Shown here: positions 40,094 to 53,229 of the stretch, piece by piece
Layout: the number at the start of each line of letters is the position of its first letter
How positions within the stretch are numbered: position 1 is the first letter of the stretch
Source: Octopus sinensis
Lineage: Eukaryota
Assembly (NCBI RefSeq): GCF_006345805.1
Contig: NC_042998.1
Span: 34,782,001-34,846,000, forward strand
Length of the DNA: 64,000 bases
Direction: 5' to 3'
Made by a program: the position numbers and the translations under genes
The notes under the pieces: model-generated
What the model was told of the DNA's origin: nothing
Database searches by the model: none
What the model saw: only the letters and a program-made list of their open reading frames with translations

Positions 40094-40321
40094 CTGAAAC
40101 AGAAAAAAAAAAGCATTCTTATTAGAAGAAGAAGAAAAAAAAAACAAAGAGATGTAGGTTTTCTTTCAGAAATTACAAATACATTGTTCAAAGACAGACT
40201 GGCAATGGGAACGATAAACTATACGAGAAGAGAATATATTATAATATAATTAGCTCTTTAAACATGGTCACAAGTTATATTTGTTCTTAATTTATTTTTC
40301 CGTTTCCTGCAACGTATCACT

Positions 40322-40549
40322 TTTACTCTTTTACTTGTTTCAGTCATTTGACTGCGGTCATGCTGGGGCACCACCTTTAGTCGAACAAATCGACGCCAGG
40401 ACTTATTCTTTGTAAGCCCAGTACTTACTTATTCTATCGGTCTCTCTTGCCGACCCGCTAAGTTACGGGGACGTAAACACACCAGCATCGGTTGTCAAGC
40501 GATGTTGGGGGACAAATACAGACAGACAGACAGACACACACACACACAC

Positions 40550-40589
<40 letters not shown>

Positions 40590-40828
40590 CGACGGGCTTC
40601 TTTCAGTTTCCGTCTACTGAACCTGGAACCATGTGGTTAGTAAGCAAGCTACTTAGCCCACAGCCACTCTTGTGCCTATGAGTCATTCCACCAATTCCAC
40701 TCACAATCCTTTGGTCGGCCTGAGGATATAGTAGAAGACACTTGCCCAAGGCGCCACGCAGTTGGACTGAACCCGGAACCATGTGGTTGGTAAGCAAGCT
40801 ACTTACCACACACCCGCTCCTGCGCCTA
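40322..40828 (-). mobile_element. SINE family C copy with duplicated head
   Basis: Reverse complement of 52790-53200; head region repeated (about 40615-40680 and 40765-40828). Confidence 0.85.
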
Positions 40829-41024
40829 TCATATGTTTGTTTACTCATTAAAGTTAATTTTTCTCTTTATTGTTTATTTCTGTTAGGGGACTGTTTTATT
40901 CTGCTTGAGTGTAATCACTTCTTGGAGTGGAATGGCAAGAAGGCATCATTGAAATGGATTTATGAGACAAAAGCAAAAATAAAAATTTGAGCCATGCTTT
41001 CTGAAAATAATAATAATAATAATA

Positions 41025-41090
<66 letters not shown>

Positions 41091-42662
41091 TACCATTTAA
41101 AAAAAATTGTATAAGCTGTAATTCCAAGATATTCCACCCATGTTTTTGCGTGAAATCCAAGATGAAAATTAATTCAGTTTCCCGCTAAAATACTTGAGAA
41201 ATCATGGAGTAAATTTTATGCACGTTTGAGCGAGTGTGCAGTGAATAACAAGAACAAGAATAAAACGATAATAATAATTAAATCGACAATACTCTCGTTG
41301 TCTTAGAAAAATACCTTATAGTAATGAGATTATTACTACCAAGTAGAGGAAGAAGATTCCGTCCAGCAGATTCAGCGAGAAAGTTTTAATTCTCACTTGA
41401 AACCCACTTCACTTCGCTTAGATTAATATAATCCTCGAGAAAGGCATATAAACCGCCCAATCTTCCACAACATTATATAATCAAAGGATACCTAATCCAT
41501 GGAGATCCTAGTGAAAATACTCTGAGAGCAAGAGATAACGCCCCAACAGGTCAAAACGGCAATTTGATTGCCAGTGGTACAGCTATTATTTCTAATCTTA
41601 AACCATTGCGACTCCAGCATGTCTCAGCTCCACCTTTGGACTTGATCCTCAACATGAAATCAAAGTTATAATGGCGCAATCTAAGGTCAGAAGTTTTAAA
41701 AGAAGCTTAAATTAATTCTCTTAAAATTGTATACAAAAGCGTTATTGATTTGTCGTTTTACTTCCATGTAAGTCTTCTAATGACTACAACACAGTACCAG
41801 TTTTACAAGAGCGACTAAAATCAAGTGTAAGAATCTGAATTGAAGACATTTAACCAAATTCAATATATAATACGTAGAATATTGGTTTACTTTCCCTATT
41901 AGCCGGGTTTCTGCATTTTAGAGTAGAATGATCGGATGTTGTAGCGTGTATGCCTTTTCTAAACTTATTAAGGAAGCTAAATAATGCAAAATGTCTTTGA
42001 GCAGCACAAATATATGTGGCAGGGTGTTTAAACGAAGGAATCAACTCGGATACTCTAGTGGTGCCTATTTTATCGATTGATGCCTATTTTATTGATCAAA
42101 GATGAATAAATGTGTAAGTCGATCCGGCTCAAAGCATAAAGGAATGCAGTTAATTACCTGAATGCAATTTGCCGGATACTTTCTTTCTACATCTCGACTC
42201 TTTTCTTATAAACAGTATACCTAATATCATTCATCGCTTTTGTGATGAGCGGTAGTAAAAAAAAAAAAAATCAGTGTTCGATTTTTTAGTTCAAATGCCA
42301 TCGACATGTTTAACACTTCGTATCATAATGCAACATTGTCTGAAAATAAACATTTGAATATATTTATGTTGAAGCTGATTTGAATAGTTGCTAAGTAATT
42401 CGAAATATTACTCTTTAAAATCAGTCAGAAATGTTTTATCAGCTATAATATTAACCGATTGTTAAAGTTTAATCATAGGAGGAGCAGACACCGTTGTCTC
42501 GCTAGCATGCTCGCTTCGCAACTACGTAACCTCAGATTGGAAACCGCGTCGTGGCATTTTGGGTAAGTGCCTTTTACTGTAGATTTTGCTGGATGGAGTT
42601 CTCTCCAAGTATACAAATTGTAAAAATACACATATCTAGTAATCACGAGTAAAAACAAATTA

Positions 42663-42747
<85 letters not shown>

Positions 42748-43882
42748 TTGCTTGTCTTGTTGTCTGTCTATATACGTTAGGCAGCGAGCTGGCAGAGACG
42801 TTAGCAATGCTCAGCGGCATTTCGTCAGTCATTACGTTCTGAGTTCAAATTCCGCCGAGATCAACTTTGCCTTTCATCCTTTCGGGGTCGATTAAATATG
42901 TACCAGTTAATCACTGGGGTCGATGTAATCGACTTAATCCCTTTGTCTGTCCTTGTTTGTAGCCTCTATGTTTAGCCCCCCTGTGGGCAATAAAGAAATA
43001 TATATATATATATGCATTCATGTATATGTATATATGTTTATATTTGAACACACACACAGGAGTGTGTGTAGTTTGTATGTGTGTGTCCTTCGACTTTCTA
43101 TATCAGCAAAAGATATAAACAACAGCGGCGTGAAAACGAAAAATCACTGTTTCTTGAACTAAGTCCCTAGCGATAATTGTTTTACACCGTTGTTACACAA
43201 CACTCCCTTTTTACTCTCGCCATAAGAATACATTGAACCATTGATTGGACTGTTGGTAGCATGTAATCAACTCGACTACTGTTCATTAATTGCAATAAAA
43301 AAGATATGATTTAATAAATATCTAGCATCTTGTGATTTGTTAAACTTTCAATTACTTCATCTTATAGCAAATATGATCTGCAACAACATTATTGGTAACG
43401 ATTTTATTGAACTACTCATTAGCGACAACTTTGCAGCAGTTATTTCTAGGTTTAGTATTGAATTAGTGAGAATACTTTGTCTATATGTTGCATAGGTTTC
43501 GCATAATCGTATGTATGAAATCTTTCTGTGTTCGCACGAATTTTAATAAGCAATAAAATTTTTATAATGCAAGAAGGCATGGCTGTGAGATAAGAAGTTT
43601 GTTTCACAAGTTCATCGTTACGAGTTCAGTCCTGCTGCATGGCACCTTGGGCAAGAGTCTTCTACTATAGCCTCGGACCGACTAAAGCTTTGTGGGTGGA
43701 TTGGTACACGGAAACTGAAAGACGCTCGTGTTACGTACATCTATGGGCATTCCGTCGGTTACAACAGGGGTTCTAGTTGATCTGACCAACAGAACAGCCT
43801 GCTCGTGAAATTATCGTGCAAGTGGCTGAGTGCTCCACAGACACATGTACTTTTTACATAATTCTATGTATGTGTGTATGTA

Positions 43883-44962
43883 CGTCATTATTCAGTTTAT
43901 TTCAAAATTTTTTACCAACAGAGAAAGAGCCGGTTTCTAACCTAGAACCAAGGTTCATTCATTGGAATTTCAATATCAACAACAGGGTATTTTTCTACGT
44001 ACGTACGTATGTATGTATGTATGTATGTATGTATGTATGTATGTATGTATGTATGTATGTATGTATGTATGTATGTATGTGCAGATTTGTATGTATGTGC
44101 AGATTTGTATGTATGTGCAGATTTGTATGATTTATGTATGTATTCTCATGCATATAGCTGCATATCTAGACATGCTCATATATATTTAAATCCTAAATTT
44201 CTGAGAAGTTTTACAGACTTTTACAGTTCCAGTGATGGATTGGATTTGTAGTCTTCGAATTAGCTTTATCCCTTCTGGTGTTGAGAAGCCTAATTTCTCA
44301 AGATTGGTATTTTGGCAGTGTATTATATATCCCAGTCCCCAATAATTACAGGTATAAACCTGAACTTGTAATCTGGATAGAGTAGCTGTAGATTTCTCAA
44401 CAGTTCAGCATAAGTGTACTTTTTTTCACTGTTCTTCTGCTTTATGTTAACATCAACTGAGCAGCTAATTTCCACAACTATGCACGGTTTTTCTTCTCTA
44501 TCCCAAATCCTTATATCAGGTTGTGCTTATATTTTATTGAGGTCTTGACTGGTACATTCCACCAGTACTCCTTTTTATTATGAGTGGCTATGGCTTCTAC
44601 CATAATGTGGGCTCTTATTTCTTTGTTCCGAGGGATTTCATTACAGACTATCCTAACCACAACATCATGTCTCATTGGTAGATGATACCGTGATGACATT
44701 TTCGGACAACTGTTCATGATGTGAGTGATATCTTCAGTGTGAACTCCACAAAGTCTGCATTGTTTGTCACATTTTACGGCTTTTCCTGCATCGCTATCAC
44801 TTTTGTGCATCAGTTACTTGGTTGATATTTCCTGTTCCTGAATTGAAAACGCATACCCTTCAAAGTGGGAAGTAGTAATCCGGCTATTGGTCCATGATAA
44901 ACTGCTTTGATGATCGATGTTACTATCATCACGGAGATTTCTACTAACATATCCATGCACAG
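43883..44962 (-). mobile_element. R4/Dong-clade (RLE) non-LTR retrotransposon, 5'-truncated 3' portion in a (TACA)n array
   Basis: HGYV...SLSW...SHFEGYAFSIQEQEISTK, CCHC finger CRLC-EDITHIMNSC, RHD, PDI.IWD, IPVIIG, then a 3' UTR; (TACA)n on both flanks. Confidence 0.88.
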
Positions 44963-45139
44963 TATGTATGAATGTACGCATGTACGCATGAATGTATGTA
45001 TGTATGTATGTATGTATGTATGTATGTATGTATGTATGTAGAAATGGCGTACTCCGAACGAATAAGGTGAAGTAATCCAAAGGTAGAAAGAAATCCACTT
45101 CCTCCTTTTTCCTTTTCATTTCGACTTTCTTATGTTTCC

Positions 45140-45176
45140 TGTTTCCGAAGAGGAGCTATGCTCGAAACGTAAAACA
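45140..45176 (+). ncRNA. Variant hammerhead motif (CCGANGA core)
   Basis: TGTTT-CCGAAGA-G-GAGC-TAT-GCTC-GAAAC-GTA-AAACA; perfect 5-bp stem I. Confidence 0.65.
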
Positions 45177-46199
45177 ACCACTCTTTTCCTTTTCCGAGCG
45201 TCTTATTAATGCTTTGCACGTATTACGTCCTCACGTTGTTGCTTTTCTTGTATCCCTTTTTGAATTAAGTATGTATGCATGTATGATTGTTTGTTTGTTT
45301 GTTTGTGTGTGTGTGCCTCACCACTGCTTGACAACCGGTGTTGATTTGTTTACGTCCCCATAACATAGTGGTTCGGCAATAGTGTCTAATAGAATAAGTA
45401 GCAGGCGTAGAAAAAGTACTAGGGTCACTTTATTCGACTAAAATCTCTTCAAGGCATTGCTCCAGCATGGTCGCAGTCTAATGATTGAAACAAGTAAAAG
45501 ATAAGAGATAACATATAAAAAAAAGTGAACCCATTTAATTATTAATATTGAAAATGGAGATGTTTTGCATCGTGGAGTATTCCAGATTTTTGCAGAACAA
45601 TTTTGGGTAATATTACATCAAATATACTCTGGTTTATTAAAAGAAAAAAAATGTATCAGTTCACTGGAAATGTTATCCAGGAACTTAACAAAACACTGGT
45701 ATTGTACATACCTTCCAGGAAAATTAAGATTAAAGCCCTTTAAAGGTCGTTTTGGATTCGTGTAATGTATGAAAATCATTTGAAACGCAAACGAGAAAAT
45801 ATTTTTTCTTCTCCATATGGTTCTTGTTAAGTACAAACGTAAGAAAAACCAAATAGAGATATGTAGCAACGTAGGAATAATTCTTGCTAGATATAATTTC
45901 TCGTCGAATATATTTTTTCAATAATCAAATTATCAGAATATATATCGATCTGAGAAAACATCTGTTTTCCATTAAGCTGTGCTAAAGAAAAGAAAAACCC
46001 TTTAACCAGCAACAAGATACCGGTCAAACACTTAAACGTTGAAGCAGCCATAGATTTTTCATCGAGAAACAGCTATTGATTACTAAGTAAAACAAGTCCA
46101 CAAATTCTGTCTTCTTTTATAACAGAAATATGATATATTATTCAAGGCATATATGAAAATGAAATGAAGCTAAACGATTTACAGATTTCGAGATAATAT

Positions 46200-47230
46200 T
46201 TCACTTTTATTGGGAGGAGAAACATCTCGAAGTAAAGTTACAGTGGACGCTGTGGAGCAGTTTACATGTCATTTTGATCAGGTCGTTTCATTTTACGTGT
46301 GTTGCGCTAAGTCTTCGATTCTTTTATCTTGGTCTCGTGATTAAAGGTGTTTGTATCACGTATACCCAGGCTTTTTAGGTCCTCGTCACAAAGTGTCAAT
46401 CCACCAAGTATTGACTTTACCTGCCAATATTAGTAAAAACAACCATCGAAGATCGTTCTGTGTCACAAGACATCATTGTGCAGTTTTCAATCCGGGAGGA
46501 TCTATGCTAGATTGGAAGATGAATACGTGACCACAACTTCACATAATTCCTATGATGGAAAGTTAAGTAAACGGAGAGGGCCCATATAATAGGTTGCACC
46601 ATCTGCTTAAAGCTGCTGTTTTTCCATTTGCCTTGAACCCCCAGCCCCTTTCTCTACCCTCTTATATGGATGTGAAACTTGGAAACTTTATTGAAATGAT
46701 GAATGATATAAGTGGTAGATATTCTTCTACCAGTAAAAACAGCGAATCATCGTGTGCATAAGTTCCGGAGATCATTTTATGAATAAAGAAATTTTGATTA
46801 AACCCTCAACTGTTACTCCTGAGATGTTACTCCAGCCCGCAATGGTTCGGCTACCTTCAAAGAAGGTCAAATGAATGAATGCTGGAGACTCTTACGCAAG
46901 GAAAAAATTGCGTCCACTTGTACCGAAGCGGTGATACAAGGGCCAACTAAAGCAAACATTTAAAAACTTAACTTTAATATTCATATATCACCGTGGACTT
47001 TTGATACGTTTAAACTTGTGAAGAAAATGTTACGTTCGTCCTTTTGTTTTTGAAAGTACTCATAACAAAGAGGAAGCGGAAGTAATCGATGGAGGGAAGC
47101 AGGTTAACAACAGGGACACTTGGACCCAGCTGTACTTGAGTTTTGCTGTCTTCATTGTCAGCGTTCTGTTTGGTGAAAATAGGCTTAACACAAATGTCAT
47201 ATGGACACAAAATCTCCAAGATATATAAAT
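46200..47230 (+). mobile_element. Degenerate RTE-clade LINE 3' region
   Basis: TLLYGCETW at about 46656-46682, QWFGYLQR, KR*YKGQLKQTFK and a terminal C2H2-like remnant ending in KIGL. Confidence 0.75.
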
Positions 47231-47454
47231 CAAGACAGAAAAAGATGCAAATGATAATGGTAGAGCATCTTGATCAGCTAATACGTTTTTGGAATGCATT
47301 TGTGCCATTATCTCTTTTACTCTCTTTAGAAATGATTGACTTCGCGGTCGTTTGAGTGATTAAAATTTCACGAACACGAAAACCTAAAAGAAACTTGAAT
47401 AAGGTCAAACGAGCTGACCAAATAATATGTGCATTCGATTGACTCGCCTTGTGA

Positions 47455-47787
47455 AGGCGCATGGCTTAGTGGTTACAGCGTCGAGCTTACGATCGTGAGG
47501 TTGTGAGTTCGATTACCGGACCGGGCTGTGTGATGTGTTCTTGAGCAAGACACTTTATTTCACGTAGCTCCAGTTCACTGTAGAAACGAGTTGCGACGTC
47601 ACAGGTGCCAAGCTGTATCGGCCCCTTTGCCTTTGCCTTTTCCTTGGTTAACATCAGTGGTGTGGAGAGGGGAGGCCGGTATGCATAGGCGACTTCTGGT
47701 CTTCCATAAACAACCTTGCCCGGACTTGTGCCTCGGAGGGTAACTTTCTAGGTGCAATCCCATGGTCATTCGTGACCGAAGGGGTCT
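47455..47787 (+). mobile_element. tRNA-derived SINE, family A-related
   Basis: GGCGCATGGCTTAGTGGTTA...GAGTTCGATT head, GTGTTCTTGAGCAAGACACTT core, tail shared with 15134-15629. Confidence 0.85.
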
Positions 47788-48552
47788 CCTCCTCTTCTTA
47801 TGTCATGCTAGATTGACTCGCTTTAATATAAGTGTGTGTGTGCGCGTGCTTTTTTATAACTACATGAAGGGAAAACTCGTTACATGTAGAGCATAATTAT
47901 TTAATGCGTCCAGCTCAGGGAACTTGCAGTACTAATGTAACGTTTCGTGCGTTGACGTTACAACAGGTGACACACACACACACACACACACACATTCACA
48001 CACATATATATATATATACATGCACGCACACATACACATACACACACACACAAGAAACTAATTTTAATAGAAAAAGATTAGATTTAATCCTGCACTTTAA
48101 TCCACAGATGTAAATGCTTTTAAACAAAGTTTCTACCTGACATAGTGACATAATACAGTTGTTTATAAAATTCATTTCATGTCTTCCGCTAATGACAATT
48201 TTCTTCAAGGATTTTAACAGGAATTTTAATGCTTTGTTATTCACGTAATCCTTTTCACAGTTGAAATAATCGGTAACTTAAAGTATTTGACAAATTAATC
48301 CATTTTGGTTGGTGTGAGCAAACGCAAGTTCGCAGTGAAGATTTACACATTTTTGCTATTGACAAATAATATTACAGATTTAATGCGTGTCAGTTTTTAC
48401 CTTCGAATAAGAAACATTCCAATTCTCTACGTAAGTCCCGTACACAAAATTGAGGGAGAACATTGCACTCAATGACGCAGAAGTTTAGTCATTTGTTCAT
48501 TTACGTCGTAAATGAAAAATTCTCGTTGAAATGATATTCGACCCTTATATAT

Positions 48553-48782
48553 GTCTTTACTACCCACAAGGGGCTAAACACAGAGGGGGCAAACAAGGAC
48601 AGACAAACGGATTAAGTCGATTATATCGAGCCCAGTGCGTAACTGGTACTTAATTTATCGACCCCGAAAGGATGAAAGGCAAAGTCGACCTCGGCGGAAT
48701 TTGAACTCAGAACGTAACGGCAGACGAAATACGGCTACGCATTTCGCCTGGCGTGCTAACGTTTCTGCCAGCTCGCCGCCTT
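48553..48782 (-). mobile_element. SINE family B monomer
   Basis: Near-identical to modules in 12921-13555. Further copies at about 51720-51945 (-), 61838-62066 (-), 42780-42999 (+), 35725-35937 (+) and 23717-24057 (+, diverged). Confidence 0.9.
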
Positions 48783-49844
48783 CTTATATTTAGATATTGT
48801 AAGTACAGCTCTGTATGTATACGCACACACGCACGCACTCACACGCACTCACACACGCACGCATATACGCATATATATATATATATCTATATCGTTTATC
48901 TTTCTCTTTTATTTATTTCAGTCATTAGACTGCGCCCATGCTGGGGCATCGCATTGAAGAAAGTTTCAGTCGAATGAATCGATCCCATTTGTTTTAAAAT
49001 CTGGTACTTATTCTATCGGCCTCTTTTATCGAATCGCTAACATAGGGTGACGTAAATACATCAACACCGGTTGTCAAGCGGTGGTGGGAGACAGACACAG
49101 GCAAAAAGACACACACACACACATACATGTATATGACGGGCTTCTTAAATATATAATTCTTTTCAAATCAAATCTTCGGTGAGTTAATTTTGGATTCCCG
49201 AACGACAATGTAACCTTCATATAACTAACTAAGGTATACTCGGCCTCGTTGAATAATTATTACATCAGAGGGTTTGCTCGCTAGAAAACATATGCGGCCT
49301 GGATTTTATCTGTTCCACTCCCACAATTTGGATTTTTATTGCATGCATAGCAACTCTGGTTGCTAACCATGAGCTATATACAAATTGTTTCAGCTTATGG
49401 GACTTCGATATAGAAAAAAACCTACAACCGTCGACACCAATAAAATGTTGTTATTCCTGAACGTTGTCTTTTTTATATCTACCGTTGTCTTTTTTTATAT
49501 CAAACTTTATATCAAACTTCCCACACTTAGATCCTTGGGTCTTACAATTACATATCGAAATCATATGTGTATGTGTGTGTGTGTGTGTGTTATCGATATA
49601 TAATTGTAAGTGCCAACGCACAGAAATCTCGGACCTTGAGTCACTCTTTTACTTCTGCGAAATATTAATAAAAATATACATATACTCATATCTTGAGTTC
49701 TATTTTTCCTGTGTGCATCAACATACCCGTGAATATATATATATACACAAGGTAGAATTCACAAAAAAAAAAAACAAAAAACGAAGTCAGGTGGTGTAGA
49801 CAGCAAATAGATGTATTAGTTTAACGCTTGGGAAGTGAAAAAGT

Positions 49845-49880
49845 CTTTAACGTTTCGAGCCTGCGCTCTTCCACAGAAAG
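49845..49880 (-). ncRNA. Variant hammerhead motif (CTGTNGA core) in a repeat at about 49750-49935
   Basis: CTTT-CTGTGGA-A-GAGC-GCAG-GCTC-GAAAC-GTT-AAAG. Same family at 7549-7584 (-) and 58675-58710 (+). Confidence 0.6.
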
Positions 49881-49966
49881 AAACAAGGAGAGAAAACAAA
49901 AAAAATGTGTAGTGGCTAGCGATCTATCATGGCGAATGTTATGCATTATATACATGTATATATATG

Positions 49967-50064
<98 letters not shown>

Positions 50065-50065
<1 letters not shown>

Positions 50066-51280
50066 GAGGGGTGTTCATTAAAGATTTTCCCTGACTTCCA
50101 TTTATTGTAGGAAACAGAACTTGTGCAAGCATAATTAGACATGTCACTACATGGCACATTGTAAATTGTAGCTTTCCACATGTATTCGTTTGTCTTTTAC
50201 GGCTGCTGAAGTGGACTAAGGTGTTATAATGGAGGCAGTTGAATGCATATCAGTGATCAGGCTGTTATATTTGAAAGGTTGTACACCAAAAGAGACTTCC
50301 CATGAGATGAAAGACGTTTATGGTGACGATGTTCCTCCATACGACGTAGTGAAACACTGGCATCGCCAGTTCAAATGTGGACGACCACATTCCGCTACTA
50401 ATGATGACACCATCTATAAAGTGGACGCCGTCATTTTGGAGGATCGCTGCATAACTATTAGACAACTAGCTTAAGAAGTGAAAATAAGTGTAGGGTATGT
50501 GGGAAAAAATCATTCGCGTCCATTTGCACATGCAGAAGTTGTCTGCACAATGGATTCCCCGGATGTTCATACTTTTTCAGAAGTAGGAACGGGCCAGTTG
50601 CTCCCAGGCTCTTTTGGCAAAGTGCCAAGAAAATGAGGACGACTTTTTTTGCAGAATTATCGCACACTATGACCCTGAAACTAAAGTCCAGTCGAAGCAA
50701 TGGAAGCATAACTCTCCACCTCGAAAGAAGATTCCTGTCCGACCCTCAGCAGGCAAGGTGAATTGACAGTCTTTTGGGATCAGCGTGGAATAGTGACGAT
50801 AGATTGTCTGGAAAAGGGCACCACAATTAACCGGGCATATTATGCTTCTCTGCTGCAGAAATTCCAGGACGCCATCAAAATAGCGAAACGTGGCATACTG
50901 ACCAAAGGAATCCACCTTCTCCAAGACAACGCCTTAGTTCACAATGCGCATGTTGCCCAGATGAAAGCACACTCTGCGACTACGAAATCCTTCCTCATCC
51001 CCCTTACTCTCCATTTGACTTCCACTTCTTTCCATCCATGAAGTCTATTTTGAAGGGGAAGCACTTTTCGGATAATTAACTTATTATTTCCGAGGCAAAG
51101 TCTTGGTTCCAGACACAACCTACCAACATCTACATACGAGCTTTTCACAGCTGCATAAAGCGATGGGAATAGTGTGTCACCGTTGGTGGGGGCTATGTAG
51201 GGAAGGACTAATAACTATGATGTTTCGTTTATCCCAATCCTAGAGAAATGGGTCAGGGGAAATCTTTAATGAACACATCA
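50065..51280 (+). mobile_element. Full-length (about 1.2 kb) mariner element with disrupted DD34D transposase
   Basis: TIRs CGAGGGGTGTTCATTAAAGATTTTCCCTGAC and GTCAGGGGAAATCTTTAATGAACAC; peptides MEAVECISVIRLLYLKG...WHRQFKCG, WIPRM, TVFWDQRG...HLLQDNALVH; several stops and frameshifts. Confidence 0.93.
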
Positions 51281-51671
51281 TATACATACATACGCACATA
51301 TATGTATGTGTATATATATGTATAGAGTCTTAGGTGTGATGTACAGAAATTGAATATTGAGAAAAAAGTCGTCAAAATTTTGGAAAAAAAATCTTTTTAT
51401 TTTCTCATTATTATTATAGCGCTTTCGTTCCTTTCTCGAACTTCTCAAATAAAATGGAACCTCACCAAAAAAACATAAAAAGCAATGTTGTCTTCCAAAC
51501 AAAACCCCGCCCCCACCCCCAAACATCTGTTTTATATAAATGAAGAAGCTGTTTGTACATTCACAAAATTTTATTTGACAATTTCGAGAAAGGAACGAAA
51601 GTGCTAATAATAATGAAGAAATAAAAAAAGTTTTCCAAAATTCTGACGACCTTTTCCTCAATATGTGCGTG

Positions 51672-51717
<46 letters not shown>

Positions 51718-52169
51718 TATCTTTACTAATCACAGGGGGCTAAGCACAGAAGGGACAAACAAGGACAGACAAACGGATTAAGTCGATTACATCGACCCCA
51801 GTGAACTGGTACTTAATTTATCGACCCCGAAAGGATGAAAAGCAAAGTCGACCTCGGCGGAATTTGAACTCAGAATGTAGCGGCAGATGAAATACGGCTA
51901 CGCATTTCGCCCGGCGTGCTAACGTTTCTGCCAGCTCGCCGCCTTCTTTTAAAAGTTGGAGAAGAATAGATGAGAAAGCCGGCGATGCGGTTACATAGGA
52001 TTGAAACACCTTACTCTAAGACATCTAGTATCTTAGCCTAATGAAGTTACCACATGACCAAACTCCCACACCCATATATATATATATATACACATACATA
52101 CACATACATACACATACTCACACACACACACACCACACACACACACACACATATATATATATGTATATA

Positions 52170-52212
<43 letters not shown>

Positions 52213-52750
52213 ATATATATATGTGTGTATATATTCATGCATGCATGGGAAAAGTGCATGAAAGCTTCAGCCAAAAAGCCAAGCAAAAAAGACTTAATAC
52301 TTAAAGTGGTTTCGTTTTTGTTTAGCCCTGTGTTGACCTCAATTAAGCTGATCCGTGATTCATAGATATTCAACCAAAATAATTTCAGCCGCTCTTCTTA
52401 GTAGTTCGGTTTCTCGTTATCTCGTGCAACGGGATATAAATTTTATTTTCACTGAATTAATACATACACATACAAACGCACAAACATATAAACAAAAACA
52501 CGCATATATGATTTAAACACATGTCCAAAGTAATGAGGGAGATTGTAGCATGGAGTGCTCCAGAAATACTTAATTAGGCATTTAGATCAGTGATATAAGA
52601 TGACATAATAAATAGGGAGCAAAAATCAAAACGTTTCAGTATATATGTACAAACATATATTCGCGTAAACAAGCGTCGGCGTGTACGTATACCTGCGCGC
52701 GCACCCACCCCACATACATACATACATACATACATACATACATACATACA

Positions 52751-52786
<36 letters not shown>

Positions 52787-52789
52787 TAT

Positions 52790-53200
52790 AGGAGTGGCTG
52801 TATGGTAAGTAGCTAGGCACAGGAGTGGCTGTGTGGTAAGTAGCTTGCTAACCAACCACATGGTTCCGGGTTCAGTCCCACAGCGTGGCATCTTGGGCAA
52901 GTGTCTTCTGCTATACCACCGGGCCGACCAATGTCTTGTGAGTGGATTTGGTAGACGGAAACTGAAAGGAGCCTGTCGTATATATGTACATATATATATG
53001 TGTGTGTGTCTGTGTTTGTCCCCCTAGCATTGCTTGACAACCGATGCTGGTGTGTTTACGTCCCCATCACTTAGCGGTTCAGCAAAATAAGTACTGGGCT
53101 TACAAATAATAAGTCCCGGGGTCGATTTGCTCGACTAAAGGCGGTGCTCCAGCATGGCCGCAGTCAAATGACTGAAACAAGTAAAAGAGTAAAGAGTAAA
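52790..53200 (+). mobile_element. SINE family C (GGAGTGGCTGTGTGGTAAGTAGCTTG head, CORE-like TTGGGCAAGT, internal TA/TG microsatellite, tail CAGTCAAATGACTGAAACAAGTAAAAG)
   Basis: Full-length copy. Others at about 40322-40828 (-), 14153-14500 (-), 14775-14960 (-), 35190-35400 (+), 48900-49145 (-), 54340-54605 (-), 60769-61070 (+), and split at 43575-43730 / 45315-45510. Confidence 0.88.
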
Positions 53201-53229
53201 TATATATATATATACATATACATACATTT

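Noticed and set aside
39585-40094. Assigning a specific gene symbol (for example QRFPR, SIFaR or TACR) to the GPCR
   Set aside because: Motifs place it among peptide receptors, but orthology needs the full sequence and a phylogeny.
45618-45869. Possible upstream GPCR exon (donor-like AG|GTATGT near 45711)
   Set aside because: No TM1/TM2 motifs in any frame read and no convincing acceptor.
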